Shown: positions 1 through 15,200, numbered from the stretch's first letter. The stretch: DNA of 64,000 nucleotides from Nageia nagi (GCA_050084985.1 JBITNC010000001.1:111910001-111974000), one strand, 5' to 3'. Notes: generated from the letters alone by a model not told the origin. Numbers and translations: made by a program.

Positions 1-799
1 CTTCATATATCTTAACATCAAAGGTAGGGTATTTCTCTAAGTACCATAGCATCAAAAGTTAACTTAAATCATGTCACCATTTAGCAAGATAGATTATATA
101 CCAAAACACCAAGATGTAAGTTGAACACTCATTCCCACAACATAGTTAAATGGACTATGCAAATAAAAAAATGTTTGAAGTTCCAAAACTCTTAATATGA
201 TAATATATGTGTCTACCATATTCTCAATGCACATATAATTTTAAGGCACACATTAGGTCAAGGTTTCCAACAAATTACAATATCTAAAATGGTAATCATA
301 ATAAGAAAATTACCTAATTAAGCTTGTTGGTAATCCTATAGTATGATTAAACCAACTAGTAGATAGCTCAAATCCTACATTAGAGGTAAGAAATGTTATT
401 TATTTAAAGCTCCATTTGAGGTTTCAAAGCATGCTAAATGCCTATTATTTACATACTAACATAGGAATAAAACCCTTTAAAAATGGTAAGTTTATATTAG
501 GTAAAATAAGTTTTGGTTTTTGAATGTCAAACCAACTATAATTTATCTCCAAACCAATAAGAATAAAGTAAATATCTAGACTATAAGTTACCACCCAACC
601 ATTCCTAGTCCCTAATATGTGATAAATATTATATCATGCATAATTTTTATAATAATATATTAAATATTTAATAATCAAAGTTTAGGTACACTCAAGTTCT
701 AAAAATATTTAAATATTATAAGAATACCAAATTTAAGCTAATACTATAGAGATTATTTATCAAATAAATATGTCCGAAATGAATATTACCATTCTAAAG

Positions 800-1800
800 T
801 AATCTCAAAATTTAGGTTCTTTGCAAGGGAAAAACCTACCTCTTTAAAGCACCTACATCATGCAACATAGGTAATGTATTTAGTTCACACCTCCTACCAC
901 CATGGTATTCAACATAGATAAGGAGTTGTAAATCATCATTGCCTCTTCTTCAAGGCTCCCAGGACGATATGTATTGGAATAAGGAAGATAAATATTATAG
1001 AGTCTCACCTATATATCATAAAAAGGATTCCATCTAAAGTTATTTTGAATTCTTCCATGAAACTTATGTTGCACATATCCATGTTACTTGTATTCTTGTA
1101 GACTACATCTCAATGAGGCATTTAGCAAAATATATCATGCATTTATCTAATGTATTTACTTTGCATAATATATGATTATTATAGTCCCTAATATTGTAAT
1201 TAGTGGAGATATTCTATGAGGTTGAATTGGGCTATTTTAAACATGTCTAAACTTTAATGTAAATACTAGTCCAAAGGACTACATCTTGGTGATACATTTT
1301 ACATTCACATCAAATAGGATGCACACACTTGATGGAAGGACACATATTGTCCATACCTTATGTTAGAGCTCTCATACTAGCACATGTTGGAGAAATTTTA
1401 ACAAAGGTTACTAAGTTTAGTTTATTATTCTAAGGGCCTTCTCAAAATATGCATTTTCTTGAAACTCTCAATCAATGCATTCTATGATACTACATTGCTA
1501 TGAGGAGTTTTGTAAGGTATATTATCGAACTTTAAATGAATCCACCTTTCCATCAATTCAAAGATCATTTTGATCTTAAAGTATTCTATAAAATACATCC
1601 TAACAAGCGACTTCCTAGACATATCCATCTTGAAAAAACTTATGAATATTATAAATTGTGGGTCTTCTCCATTTTCAATAAATTTTAAAACCATCTATAA
1701 CCCTTGCAAGTTATCCAACTTTAGAATATTTGTTGTTATTTACCACCCATGATATAATATTTCTATGAGAAATCTCTTAAACAAAACTTGAAATCATTCA
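800..1800 (-). mobile_element. Highly decayed L1-type LINE ORF1 (DUF4283/zinc-knuckle region) remnant
   Basis: Minus-strand fragments 'FELMERWIHLKF' (ORF 1482-1694) and 'NMDMCNISFMEEFKITLDGILF' (~1100-1020) loosely resemble plant L1 ORF1 segments. Many stops; weak call. Confidence 0.3.
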
Positions 1801-1868
1801 TAATCCCAAAATGTATCGTTTCAACATTTTTAATTTCCCATGGACTTTATAGTCCTAGACATTAATTT

Positions 1869-2092
1869 TGTTAGACATCTAATTATTAGGGATTATGTTA
1901 AATATCATATAATTGTAGTCACTATATTTAGTAAATTCATACATAAGTGTATGGTAGAATTTTGAGTGTCATTTATGGGAGAATATGAAGAGTTACATTG
2001 TATCTCAAGTGTCACCCAAGAAGGTGAATGGAAAGATTCAATTTTCTTATGTATTAAGGCATTATTTCTAACCTAATACAATGATTTTTGAT
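1869..2092 (+). repeat. Copia 5' LTR (portion homologous to 21764-21991)
   Basis: Shared blocks e.g. 'ctatatttagtaaattcata', 'ttgtatctcaag', 'cacccaagaa', 'tctaacctaatacaatgatttttgatt'. Confidence 0.8.
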
Positions 2093-2680
2093 TTGGAGGT
2101 ATCCATATTGGTATTAGTATCAGATCTATGAGGCTTTCATTCTCTAACTCCATGAAATTGATAAAAAATATTGTCAAAATTGTATCACAAAATGTTTCTC
2201 CCATTTTTGTCTAAAACTAAGCATTGATATCCATTTTTAACCATGTATTTCAACACCCTTTTTTAAGGAGAGCATTTTTGGTATTTGTACAAGGTGACTT
2301 AGTGAGGAAATGGTGAAGTTATAAGGTTTTAAAGTTTTTAGCTATGTAACTATTCTATGACTAAGTTTTTTTAGTGATTTAAAATTTGGTGGTTTTGTAT
2401 TTGACATTCATGATTTTAAAGAGAAGTAGTATTGTAATTATTTTATGGAATATATAGTGTTTTTTATTGTAAGAATCCAACATGGAACCTACATATTTAA
2501 TCTTATTTATTATTTAAGGAAGCCCTAACCTATCCGAAATAGCCTCTATTTATATAAACTTTATCAAAATCCCTACATGTTCATAGCCTTCACTCTCCTT
2601 TGTGCCTCTCACTATTGTAAACTCTCTCACCATGAACAGGTGTATAATGTTAACCATCCATTAAAATATATATATACATA

Positions 2681-5600
2681 CATAATTATTAAGCATAATA
2701 GTCGATTTCAACGATGAATGTGTGGATGTGTATGTACAACCTTGATATAAATTTTTAAAATTTATTTCAAAAGAGGAAAGGAATATTTCATTCTTATGAA
2801 TTTAAATTTTTACTCAAGGTGTTTAGAAAAATGGGGTGAAATTTAAAAGTGATAGTTAAAAAGGAGGGTAGGTTGTGAAAAAATTGAGATAGGATCCCCA
2901 CATACTCTTTTTTTTTTATTTTAGGTGTAAGATATAATTGGATTCAATTTGTATTCTAATGTAAAAGAGTCCAAAATTTTATGACACCACAATTGCCAAC
3001 AAAATTAATTTTGACCCACCTCACAAAAAAATAAAATACCTACATCTTCCCCACAAATATAATTGAATAGGATAAGTAGACACTTGTTTGGAATTATTAC
3101 AGCCACCTTGGCTATAAATAAGGGATGAAACTTAGAAAAAATATAACACTACTAACACTACTACCACTACCTACTCATCATTCATAAGCTTTGGGTTTAT
3201 AGTGCCACAGAGAAAAGAAGCCTCTTAGGTGTTCTCCCTTTCGTGTATTTTAGTTATTGTCTAGTTAAGATAAAGATTATTTGATATTATTTTGTATATT
3301 TTATAGAAGAGAATATATATTAAAGGTTTATGAATAAATATTAGTAGTTTAATTGTTATCATTAGTAGTATACTTATTGAAGAGACACTTTATTATTTTT
3401 ATTTAATAATTTACATGTGATGCATAGTACTCTTGCCTTGGAAAGAGGTATAGATTAATATTTTTCATTTCAAATCTACTAATTGTGAGTACAATGATCA
3501 TAGGTTATGTATATTAAATTATTAGTTAACAAGAATCATCTCTAGATGCCCACTCCATGAAGTCTTATTGTAGTCAACCCTAGAATGGACCCAAAAACAT
3601 CCCTTATTTTACCCACTCTTGTAGGCATTCTATAGAGCTTTTCCAACATATACTCTAACTAGTATAATGATAAGATAACATGGGTACATATATCATTTCA
3701 ACATGATGTGCATATAGTGTGATGTCGAATCCTATGAGCTGTGTTCATCAAGCCTTCATTGGAGCATTGAATCAAGTAGTTTTCTATTCCAAAAATAATG
3801 TAGTTAAGAGAGAGAGACCTAAAAACCCTTTACAATTACATAAAATACTCAATGGGGTCATTTATATTATGATAGTATTCTTCATCCATACTTGCATAGC
3901 TTTTAGCCAATCTGAACCAAGGGAAATAAGTGTTGCCTCACTTTTAAAGTCTCTCACATCCCAAGGATCATTTGTTTTGATCACCTATCAATAAGCCCTC
4001 TCACTTTCTCTATGCTCTTTCTCTCTAATAGCTACACCATTGGAGAATATAAAAATTCTCCTGATTGGTAGTGATATATTTCATATTACTTAATCTTATT
4101 AGTATTCCATAAAACTATTATGTATTAAGACTACATGTAGCACTTAGATGTGGAGAATATCATCACTATGATCCTAATCTTGGGAAGACTCACCTATCAA
4201 AGTGCCACTATAAAAGGGGGTATTAATACAATGAGGTGAGTGCATATACTTCAAACAATCCATCCTTACAATCAATACCTCCTCAAAATGATTTATGGAT
4301 ATTGTAGTGTATTCACATTTGTAAGAATGTCTCAAACTCCTCAAGTCCTTTCTATAAAAATGACTATAGATAGTGGAATAGTAATAGGGAAGCTATCTGA
4401 TCCAAATATGTAATATAATTTTCTTAAGGTATAGTATTTCCTCTCAAAAATTTGTCTTCCCAAAAGCACTACTAGGAACCATACAAATCAATCTATCAGT
4501 GATTTCTTTTGCAGTCCAAGGCCTCATTCACAATACACTAGATTTGGCATAAAAAATTGATCTTCTATGATAATAGGGTTTGGTAGCCAAAAGATAAAGT
4601 AAATTCTTTCAATTATTATATTTAATAAATTAAAACTTTATGTTACACTAATGAAATTATTATTTTGACCGTAATATTATTTGTAAGATAAAACTATTAT
4701 GATAGTAATTATGAAGAGAAAGAATATGTCCAAGGATTGATGAGGTTTATATGATAAAGTATAATTTAATTAATAATATGTTCAAGCATAATTTAAGTGA
4801 AATTAAATTATATTTTAAAATAACTATGTGTTTTAAATAATGATGTCGTAATGATATTGCTTCGAATAAAGTTCATGTTTATTGATTGTTCATAAAAATT
4901 TCTATCATGTGATCAAGGTAGTCCTACAAAGGATCTAAAACCTCTCAAGATCAATAGAATGATTTAAAAATAATGAGATGTCATACATAATTTGCATCAT
5001 AGTCATAAACCTAAAAAGGTTTTTTCTAAACCTCAAAACTCCAAACCTGTCTTAGTACTCGATCCTACAATATTTGGATGCTTTGAAAAACTTCAAAGAT
5101 AAAGATGGTAGAATCTATACCAAGAGAAAAAAGATGAATTAAATATCTTCTATATTGAGCTTTGATATAACTACCATAAACTTATTCATTTAATATTACA
5201 AGGGAATTATCTTGTGATATTTAAGGGTGGCCCAAAACCATTGTACTTTAAAATGATTATGTATCAATTCTTATAAGGAATGTAAAGTTTAACAAAACCT
5301 TACTTACCAACCACATGTAATCCATTAATGCTTGATTAAATATTTATGTGGCATAGTATACTCTTTAATGTGTTCTTATACTAGGTATCTTAAATGCTAT
5401 GATAAGAACTTAAAATATATTACCATATGAAGGCAATAGGTAATACAAGAAAATTGTGAGTGCAAAGGTAAAGGATGCTAAAAGAAATAAATTACTATGG
5501 TCATTGTTAATTCAAACTTGCTTATATAAATATTAAGTAAGGAATCCTTTGATGTATGGGATAAGCCTTAGTACCCCTACATAATAATAGTACATATAAT

Positions 5601-7470
5601 GCAAGAAATTTGTGATGCTTGACTTTGTAATCATAGTCTTCTATCTTGTATGAATATAGACTTATAAATCCTATTATGCTAATATGCTCACAATATATAT
5701 TTCACATTAAATAAAGAGAAAGGTCTCCTAATACAAGGATAACTATTTAATGATACTATATATAAGTATAGACTAAAGTTAAACTAAACCCTAAGGATTG
5801 AAAACTATAGATCCTTGTAAATGTATCATAGAAGGGAGCTTAGTACATTCACATTAAAGAACATAATAAGAAGCTCAATTGATAGGGTGAGTACAAATAT
5901 ATCTCAATTACTAAAATAAAGCCAAGCCTAGTGTCCTTAAATAAATATAAATATACAAGCCATATTATGAAAATTAATTCAATCATGTTAAGGAGGTTAT
6001 CCTATACTCTCTATGCAAAAATAAGTTAATAATAATGACCCTAGATTTTCTTAAATATTAAAAAGGGATCAAATGGGTTAACCTAATAGTGGTAAGATAA
6101 GAGATACTTAACACCCTTAATAAGTTTCACTAAACATTATGTGGAAAAAGAGAATATTTATAATATGATTGGGTTCAATAATATTTCTAGGAATAGCCAT
6201 TCAAGTTTTTAGACATGGGTTCGATGGTAAACCCTAATATAGCATTGAATAAATAATGGATCTATAAATGAAAATTTTAGTTAAATTTGTGAATAACCTA
6301 GGATAAAAGATAAACCATAGAATGATGAATCGGCCTAAAAAGGGAAATTATGAACTATTTTAATGATGATGGAAAATAATATGGAATATTCATTAGTCAA
6401 ACTCCTACTTGGTAAATGATAAGTAAAAAGAGTATACCTTGAGTGAGGACCACTTTATGTTGCACTTTATTTTTAGAAGTAGTTGACTTCAAATACATAT
6501 CAAGGTACATCAACTAGACTTTAGTATGTGAACTCTTATAACATAGTATTAAGTATGTAGTACCGTGTGTATGGGATAATTGTAGTGCTTCCAAATATCT
6601 TGTGTGACTTCCTAAAAAAGCTTAGTTTGAATTTTCCTACATACGTCATTATTTATTGGTGAAGGATGGTTTGTATCATATATTTAGAAACTACTATAAA
6701 TGATCAAGGATCAATTATTTTATGATTGGTAGTTCAAGGGCGATTTTATAATCTTGTTTAAAAAATTTTAGACTATACAAACCACTTGACAGTGTTCCTT
6801 CAATACCTATGGCTTCCCAAGATATGGGCATGGGGAGTTCAGATCCCATGGTGAACATATATGATATATATGGACAAGCTAGTGTCTCATATCCTTGATA
6901 AGGTATCATATGCATATAGCAATAGATAAAACTATGATTAATAGGTGAGGGTAATTTATTAGTCATTCTACTTGTAGTTTAGTAGATAGGATTATGATGA
7001 CTGTTCCATAGGTTATGATATTTACCCTCTCATAAGGAATTTTTTCTAGGAAAAACTATCTACTCCTATGAATCAAGGGGTTATCATCGAGTAAGGATAT
7101 GTAACCTAGTGGATGTGCATTCTCTTAGGTGATATGAGTAGGAAACCATTACCTTATGTTCAAAATATCTATTGCATAGTTTGTGAAGCACAAATGGTGG
7201 GGTCACATATAAGTTATCTCCTCAATGGGATGACTGTTATAGAGTGAACACCAAAATAATTTGATTAGGGTTGGTTAATCTAAATATTCACAATATTTTG
7301 TTATGAGTGTTGAATAGCTAGCAGTGATGACATGCTAATGTGGATCGCTTGGTCTATTCCTAGATCATTTGAGTGTTTAAACTAATAAAAAAAATTAGGT
7401 ATGGAATTTTATGATTTTGGATGTATGGAACTAGGTGAAAACACTATCAACAATAAATGGCAGTATGAAA
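2681..7470 (+). repeat. Gypsy 5' LTR (first ~240 bp missing)
   Basis: Collinear with 12533-17131 from 'cataattatta.gcataatagtcgatt' onward; ends 'gtatgaaa' (degenerate ...TGACA) just before the PBS. Confidence 0.9.
3113..3120 (+). promoter_or_regulatory. LTR TATA box (TATAAATA); second copy at 13059-13066
   Basis: 'ggctataaataaggga' is conserved in both LTR copies. Confidence 0.6.
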
Positions 7471-7471
7471 A

Positions 7472-7483
7472 TGGTATTAGAGC
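7472..7483 (+). other. Primer-binding site (tRNA-iMet)
   Basis: TGGTATTAGAGC, 1 mismatch to TGGTATCAGAGC, immediately after the LTR end. Confidence 0.85.
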
Positions 7484-7596
7484 ATCAAGTTCAAACTCTC
7501 AAGCCTATGGTTCATGACCCTTTTGTTGTAAGAGTTTAGGAAGGCAAGATAAGTATGCTTGAGCCTAATAAAAAAACCATTTTATGGAATTAAATT

Positions 7597-10500
7597 ATGG
7601 TGATACTAAGGCGTATCAAAAGCACTTTAGGAAACGTATGAAAAGGTGCTAGAAATGGCCTTCCTATGAATATCAATGTCAGATCAAACTAAAGAAATGT
7701 TAGGGACTAGAATGCAAAAAATAGAATAATGAGGAATACCAATAGAAGAGTTCCTAGAAATGATAATGAAATTTCATCAAGTCATTCCAACCAAAAATAT
7801 GAAGGAGAGGAAGCCATCAAGAGATTACAATAGTAGGTGGTAAAGCATTAAGAGAAAATAAACAATATTTTGAATCAATGGGTTAAACTTTTTAGAGAAG
7901 AACCTATTCCAATACAAGCAAGAACTAAAGGGACAAATGACTAGATTCAAGCAAGAATTGAGCAAGAACTTATAGCATACCTTAAGGAAGATTAGATCCC
8001 TAAATATAATGATAATAAATAAGGAAAACAAGTATATGTATGGTTATAAGAATTAAAAACCTACATCTTGATGAAAAACTTATCACTGAAGACCAAAATG
8101 GTATGGGCTACATACATTTTTTTAGGATATTGCACTAGAGTTGTGGAATGTGCACATGATTGAGCATGAGACTATGTATTTAAAGTGGCTAGAATTTATT
8201 GCAACACTTTGTAGGATATTCATTCATTATGTTTACTATGATAGAAAGTATGACGAATACTATAGTTTTCAAAAAGGGTCCATGAGTGTTTAGAACTACT
8301 GTTAAAGATTTTTTAGGCTACTTAAATATATCCTAGAATATAAGAAGCACATGAAGGTCCATATATTCTTTGTGGGATTAGATCCTAAGATTAAGATTAT
8401 GGTAAATGTACTAAATCCCAAATTGATGGAAGAGGTGTATGACCTTGCTAAAAGGGAAGAAAGCAATTTGGGTATCAATAAGACCTTTATGAACTATAAT
8501 CATTTAGATGAAAAAGATAAGGAAGTCTACCAAAAGAGTAAAATTTCAAAGCATCAAGCCCAACATATGGGCAACAAAAAAGTTCAATAAAAATAATTAT
8601 AGTCATAAAGAAGGAAATTTTTCCAAATTTAAGAAGAATCCATTTGGAAATAAGGGTTTTAGGAAGAAGGATTTTCAAAGGAGGAATTAACAGTTTTGTA
8701 AGCCAAATCATAACCCTAGGAATGGAAACCAAGGTTTTAGAAACCATTATCAAAGATTCCCATACCATAAAAGCAATTAGAATGCACCTAAAGATAAGTT
8801 TCTAGAATAAAACAATGCTCCTTGAGATGGATACTAGAATTGTGATGGAGCTCACTATGCTAATCAGTGTCCCTTGAAGATAGATACACCCAAAGAGCAT
8901 TGAATCTTTATAGCTACTAGATTGGGATAGACCAGAGAATAGGCCACACTTCTTCAAATCCCTAGTAAAATTTATGACAAATATTGTAGGGTTTTGATAT
9001 ATTATGGTGCTACATATAGTTTTATTTCCAATTCCATAGTTAAGTATATGTTAGAGGCACCTAAATTTTTGACAAATGGGTGGTAAGTGGAGTTTTAATC
9101 TAGTAAAAAATACCCTATTATATAATACTTTAGAGATATAGAAATAGAATTATCTAAGGGGTCTATTGTGTGGGATTTGTATGCGATTACCCTAGCCTCT
9201 TATGATATCATCATAGGCATGTATTGGTTAATGGACCACAAAGCTTTAATTAAATTTTAGCAAAGATGGGTATAATACAACAATGTATCTCAAAATTGAT
9301 ATAAGGCGTACAATGATCAAGGATCCTTTGCACCCTATTTGATCACAACCATGCAAATTAAAAGAAGCATAAGGAAAATAAAGATGATTTATATGGTCAA
9401 AGTTAAGGAAGTGGAGCAAGAGAATAAGGAGGTAGAATTGCTAAGTAAGTACCCTATGTTAAGAGAATGGAAAGATGTATTCCTTAAAGATATACCTATA
9501 TTACCCCCAAAATGAGATTCTTGATAGATTTAGTGCTAAGAGCTAAACCTATTTCTAGAACCCCATATAGAATGAATACCATTGAGATGCAAAATTTAAA
9601 GGTATAATTGCAAGATTTAATAGAAAAAAGGTTGATAAAACCTAGTATGTCTCCTTGGGATGCTTCTCTATTGTTTTTCAAAAGGAAATATAGAAATCTA
9701 AGGTTGTGTATCGATTATAGGATTCTAAACAAGGTCACCATTAAGAATAGGTATCCTTTACCAAGGATTGATTATTTTTTTAACCAACTCAAGGATGCTG
9801 CTATTTTCTCCAAGAAAGATATGAGATTAGAATACCATCAATAGAGAATTAAGGGATCATAAACCCATAAAATAAATTTAAAACCAGGTATGCACATTAT
9901 GAGTTTGTGGTATTAGCTTTTGGGTTAATGAATGATCTTACAAAATTCATGAACTTGATAAATAGTGTTTACCAAGAATACATACATAATTTTGTGTTAG
10001 TATTTCTAGATGATATCCTCATATACTGAAAGAACGAGTAGGAACATAGTCATAATCTAAGATTAGCTCTAGAAGTGTTGAGAAGAAACTAATTATATGG
10101 AAAATTATCAATGTGTGACTTCTATATTTTCAAAATTTAGTATCTAGGCCACATAATCTTTGTAGAAGGAATTTTAATTGATCCCAAGAAAGTGCAAGCA
10201 ATAATGAGTTGGCCTACACCAACAAATATCACTAAGGTAAGGAGTTTTGTGAGATTAGTTGGGTATTATCAAAGATTTATCAAAGATAGCCAATCCCATC
10301 ACTAGTCTTCAAAAGAAGAATAAGGTATTCAAATGTATTGAAAAGTGTGAAATAATTTCATAACTCTAAAAGAAAATCTTATCACAAGACCATTTGCTAC
10401 TATCCCTAGCTCACACTATGATTTTGTAGTATGTACAGATGCTTCACTAGAAGTTTTCAATGGAGTGTTATCACAAAATAGAAACCCAATAGCATTTGAA

Positions 10501-12212
10501 TCTAGAAAATGAAAAACACATGAGTTGAATTATGTAACTCATAATCTTGAGTTGGTAAGTGAAGTCCATGTAATCATGATTTGGAGATCCTCTCTTTTAG
10601 GTAAGCCTTTCAAACTTGAAATAGATTACTAAAGTTTGAAGTATTTATCACTCATTCGGATATAAATGCTAGGTAAAGGTGATGGATGGAATTCCTAGCT
10701 GAATATGATTTTGAAATTGAGTGCATCAAGGGAAAGAAAAATAAAGTGGAAAATGCCTTAAATTGAAGGTGACATATCAATGCCATGACAAGAAGTTAAT
10801 TTGATTTGTTTGGCCAAGTTAAAGTTTTGCAGCAAGAAGACGGATGTTATAGATCTATCCAAGATTTGATATGGAAAGGTACCCCATAAACCCAAGATGT
10901 TACAAAAAAAGATAGAATTATTTATTTTAAGGATACATTAGTCATTGTAGAGAAGGAAAATATAAGAATTTTTATCATATAAGAAGCCCACCATCCATCA
11001 TATGTAGCACATTCAAGAGTTACGAGGATGGGAGAAGACCTAAAATAAAAAAATTATTAGGATGGCATGAAAAAGGATATAGTAGAATTTGTGGTGAGAT
11101 GCCTTTAATATTAGAGGTGAAGGTGAAACATCAACATCCAAGTTGATATTTGTATCCACATGATGTCCCTACATAGAAATAACAAGTTATTTCAATGTAT
11201 TTTATTGTTAGGTTACCGAAAACTAGGTTCCATCATGAATTATTTTTGGTAGTGGTTAATAGATTGATCAAGGTAGCATATTTTATACTTGAAAACATCA
11301 TTGATGATGCCCCTATAGTAAAAAATAAGTTTTCCATTGAAATCTTTAGATTGCATGGATTTCTTAAGGTGATCTTCTCATATAGAGATTCTATGTTCAC
11401 CTTTGTATTTTGGAAATCATTGAATAAGGCATTAGGAATGAAATTGAATATGAGTTTAGCATATCACCCCAAGATAAATGGGCATACTAAATGAGTGAAT
11501 AGATTCCTTGAGGACATGCTCATAATGTACTACATGGAGCAAAAGACTAAATTGGAGGATTAATTCTATTTAGTCAAATTTCTTTATAATAATGGATATC
11601 ATTCATTTTTATGAATGGCTCCCTTTGAGGCTCTCTATGGAAGGAGATACAAGACTCCTTTATCTTGGGAAAATAACGAGGATCGGGTGATGATCTAGCC
11701 TAAGATGTTAAAGAAAATGGAGGAGCATCTAATTTTTATTCTATGAAAGATGAAGGAAGATACCAATCAAAAAAAGAGTTATGTCAATATCAAGAGAACT
11801 CCTCAATAATTTACTATGGGAGAAAAAGTATTTTTATGAGTTCAACACATGAAAAGTGCCATAAATTCTACCAAATTGGATCCTAGTTTGAGATGGTAAA
11901 AAAGAAGAGTCCAATTTCCTACAAACTTACTTTTCCACTAAGTTTGTCAAACATGCATGATGTCTCTCATGTCTCTCTGCTAAGAAAATATGTTTCTTAA
12001 CCCCTCTCATGCATTGTATTTATTTGAATTACAGATGTTGGAAGTTCATGCTATTGAAGTTCTCCCTATTAAGATCCTACCTATTAGAACTAGAAAACTA
12101 AGAAATCAAGAGATTAATGAGTGTTTAGTGCAAAGGGACATGTATTTTGCATCATCTTCCACTTGGGAAGATGAATCCACCATGAGAAGATAATTTCCTT
12201 ATTTGTTTAAAT
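7597..12212 (+). pseudogene. Gypsy gag-pol polyprotein, many stops and frameshifts
   Basis: Zn knuckle 'NCDGAHYANQCP' (~8838-8873); protease 'VLIYYGATYSFIS' (~8990); RT '[38 protein letters not shown]' (9608-9844) and 'VFLDDILIY' (~10000); RNaseH 'VCTDAS'; integrase 'FIVRLPKT..LFLVVVNRLIKVAYF' (11195-11494); chromodomain 'PIKIL..RTRKLRNQEINECLVQ...STWEDE' (11990-12193). Confidence 0.92.
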
Positions 12213-12278
12213 GATAATGTGAAGCATTTTCAAAACTTTGTGACTGTATTTAAGAACACAAAGGACTATGTTCCTTTT

Positions 12279-12290
12279 AAGGGGGTAGTA
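12279..12290 (+). other. Polypurine tract
   Basis: AAGGGGGTAGTA directly before TGTTATGACC, the start of the 3' LTR. Confidence 0.8.
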
Positions 12291-15200
12291 TGTTATGACC
12301 AAGCCAATTACACTAGTAAGACTCAAGTACCATCGATTATTTTAATAAGATTAAGTTTGAAATATGTTATGAGATTACTAATTTTGAGTAATGATATCCA
12401 TTATTTGTATCAATTTGATTCTATTTTTGAGATTTTACGATAAAAGTTACAAGTTGAATCGAGATGGAAAGTTTTATTAAGGAGCAAAGCAACCAAGGGT
12501 GAGTTGTTGACATGAACAGAATAGATGCATGACATAATTATTAGGCATAATAGTCGATTTTGATGATGAATTTGTGGATGTGTATGTACACTAATGACCT
12601 TACCTTATAGGATAAGGGAATCATTGTAGGTAAAAATGAGTGTTAAAACCTTGATATGCATTTTCAAAATTTATTTTGAAAGAGACAAAGAATATTCTAT
12701 TATTTTGAAATTAAATTTTTATTCAAGGTTTTTAGTAAAATTGAATGAAATTTAAAAGTGATAGTTAAAAAGGACTATTGTCACTTTTTGGATGTTTCAA
12801 TGGTATTTTGGTAGGTTATGAAAATGATTGAGATAGGATCCCCACATACCTTATTTCTTTGTGTTAGGTTTAAAAAATAAATAGATTCAATTTGTATTCT
12901 AAAATAAAAGAGTCCAAAATATTTTTTGATACCATACTTGCCACCAAAACTATTTTAGACCCACCTCACAAAAAAATAAACTACTTACATCTTCCCCACA
13001 AAAATAATTGAAGAGGAGAAGTAGACACTTTGTTTGAAAATATTATAGCCACCTTGGCTATAAATAAGGGAGGAATCTTAGGAAAAATATAACACTACTA
13101 CCACTACCTCCTCATCATTCATAAGCTTTGGTTTTAGATCTATGTGGAGAAAAGAAGCCTCTCCCCCTTTCAAGATTAGGTGCTCTCCCTTTTGTGTATT
13201 TTAGCTAATGTCTAGTTAAGATAAGGATTCTTTGATATTATTTAGTATGTTTTGTAGAAAAGAATGTATATTAAAAGTTTATGAATAAATATTAGTGGGT
13301 TAATTGCAAGCATTAGTAGTATACTTGTTGAAGAGACTATTATTTTTATTTGATAATTTACATGTGATGCCTTGAACTATTGCCTTGGAAGGAGGTATAG
13401 ATTAATATTTTTCATTTCAAATCTACTAAATGTGAGTACAATGGTTGTATGTTATGTATAATAAATTATTCGTTAACAAGACTCATCTCTGGAGCCCACA
13501 TCATGAAGGCTCATGGGAGTTGACCCTAGAACGGACCCGAAAACATACCTTGTTTTACCCACCTATACGCCTTCTATCGAGTTTTGCCAGCATATACTCT
13601 GACTGGCGTAATGCTAAGAGAACATGGGAACCTATCTCCTTTCCCCACGATGTGCATATAGTGTGATATCAAATCCTACGAGCTGTGTTAGTCAATCCTT
13701 CATTGGAACACTGAATCCAAAAATTCAGTGTACACTATTCCAAAAATAGTGTAGTTAAGAGAGGGTGACTTGAAACCCCTTTGTATATAATTCCAAATGC
13801 TCGGGGGGAGGGGAGTCATTTACATTATGATAGTATTATCTGTCCATACTTGCATAGCTCTTAGCCAATATGAACCAAGGGAAATAAGTGCCACCTCACC
13901 TCTGAAGTATCTCGCATCCTAGAGATAATCTATCTTGATCTCCTGTCAATAAGCCCCCTCACTTTTCTCTTTGCGCTCTCTCTCTCTTCTCTCTCTCTAG
14001 TAACTACGCTGTCGGAGAATATACAAGATCTCCTTATTGGTAGTGACATATTTCATATTGCTTAACCTTATTCGTATTTCATAAAACTATTATGTACTAA
14101 GACTATAGGTAGCGCTTAGATGTGGATAATATTCTCACTATGATCCTAATCTTAGGAAGATTTGCCTATCGAATTTCCACTACAGAGGGGGATATTAATA
14201 CGAAAGGTGAGTGCCTACGCATTCAGGATCCATCCTTGAAATCAAGACATCCTCAAAATGATTCAAGGTGACAACTATGGAATAGGAGTGTTACCATAGT
14301 GTATTCACATTTGTAAGAACGTCTGAAACTCCTCAAGTCCCTTCCTAAAAAACCACTACGGGTAGCGCCATGGTAATAGGGAAGTTGTCTGATCCAAATA
14401 TGTAATATAATTTTTTTAAGGTACAGTATTTCCTCTTAGAAAAGATTCTTTTGCGAAGTGCTACCAGAAACTATACAAATCAATCGGTCAGGGATTTCTT
14501 TCGTAGCCCAAGGCCTCATGTACAATGCACTAGATTTGGCTTAATAAATCGATCTTCTATGATAATAGGGTTTTTTTGGTCAAAAGATAAACTAAATTCT
14601 TTTAATTCTTTTATTTAGTAAAGTAAAATTTTATGTTACACTAATTAAATTACTGTTTTGACCTTAAAATTATTTCTAAGATAAAATTATTATGATAGTA
14701 ACTATGAAGAGAAAGAATATGTCCAAGGATTGATGAGGTTTATGTGATAAAGCTTTATTTACTTAATAATGTGTTCAAGCATCATTGAAGTGAAATTAAA
14801 TTATATTTTAAACTGGTTATGAATTTTAAATAATGATTTGGTAATGACATTACTTTGAATAAGGTTCATGTGTATTGATTGTTCATGAAAATTTCTATCA
14901 TGTGACCAGGGAAGGGAGGTAGTCCTAGAAAGGACCTAAAATTCTTGAGATCAGTAGTATGATTTTAAAAGAATGAGATGTCATAAATCATTTTCATCAT
15001 GGTCATTAACCTTAAAAGGGTTATCCTAATCCTCAAAACTCCAAATCTTTCTTAGTATTTGATCCTACATATTTGGATTCTTGGAAAAGCTCAAAATATG
15101 AAGATGGGAGAATCTACACCATGACGATGAAAATGCATTAAATATCTTCTAGATCAAGCTTTGATATATCTACCATAAAATTGTTCATTTAAGATTGTAA

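Noticed and set aside
1000-1020. Minus-strand 'YIGET', reminiscent of the GIY-YIG endonuclease of Penelope/Dryad elements
   Set aside because: Flanked by stops, with no upstream GIY/GVY half-motif and no Penelope RT nearby; another frame fits L1 ORF1 better.
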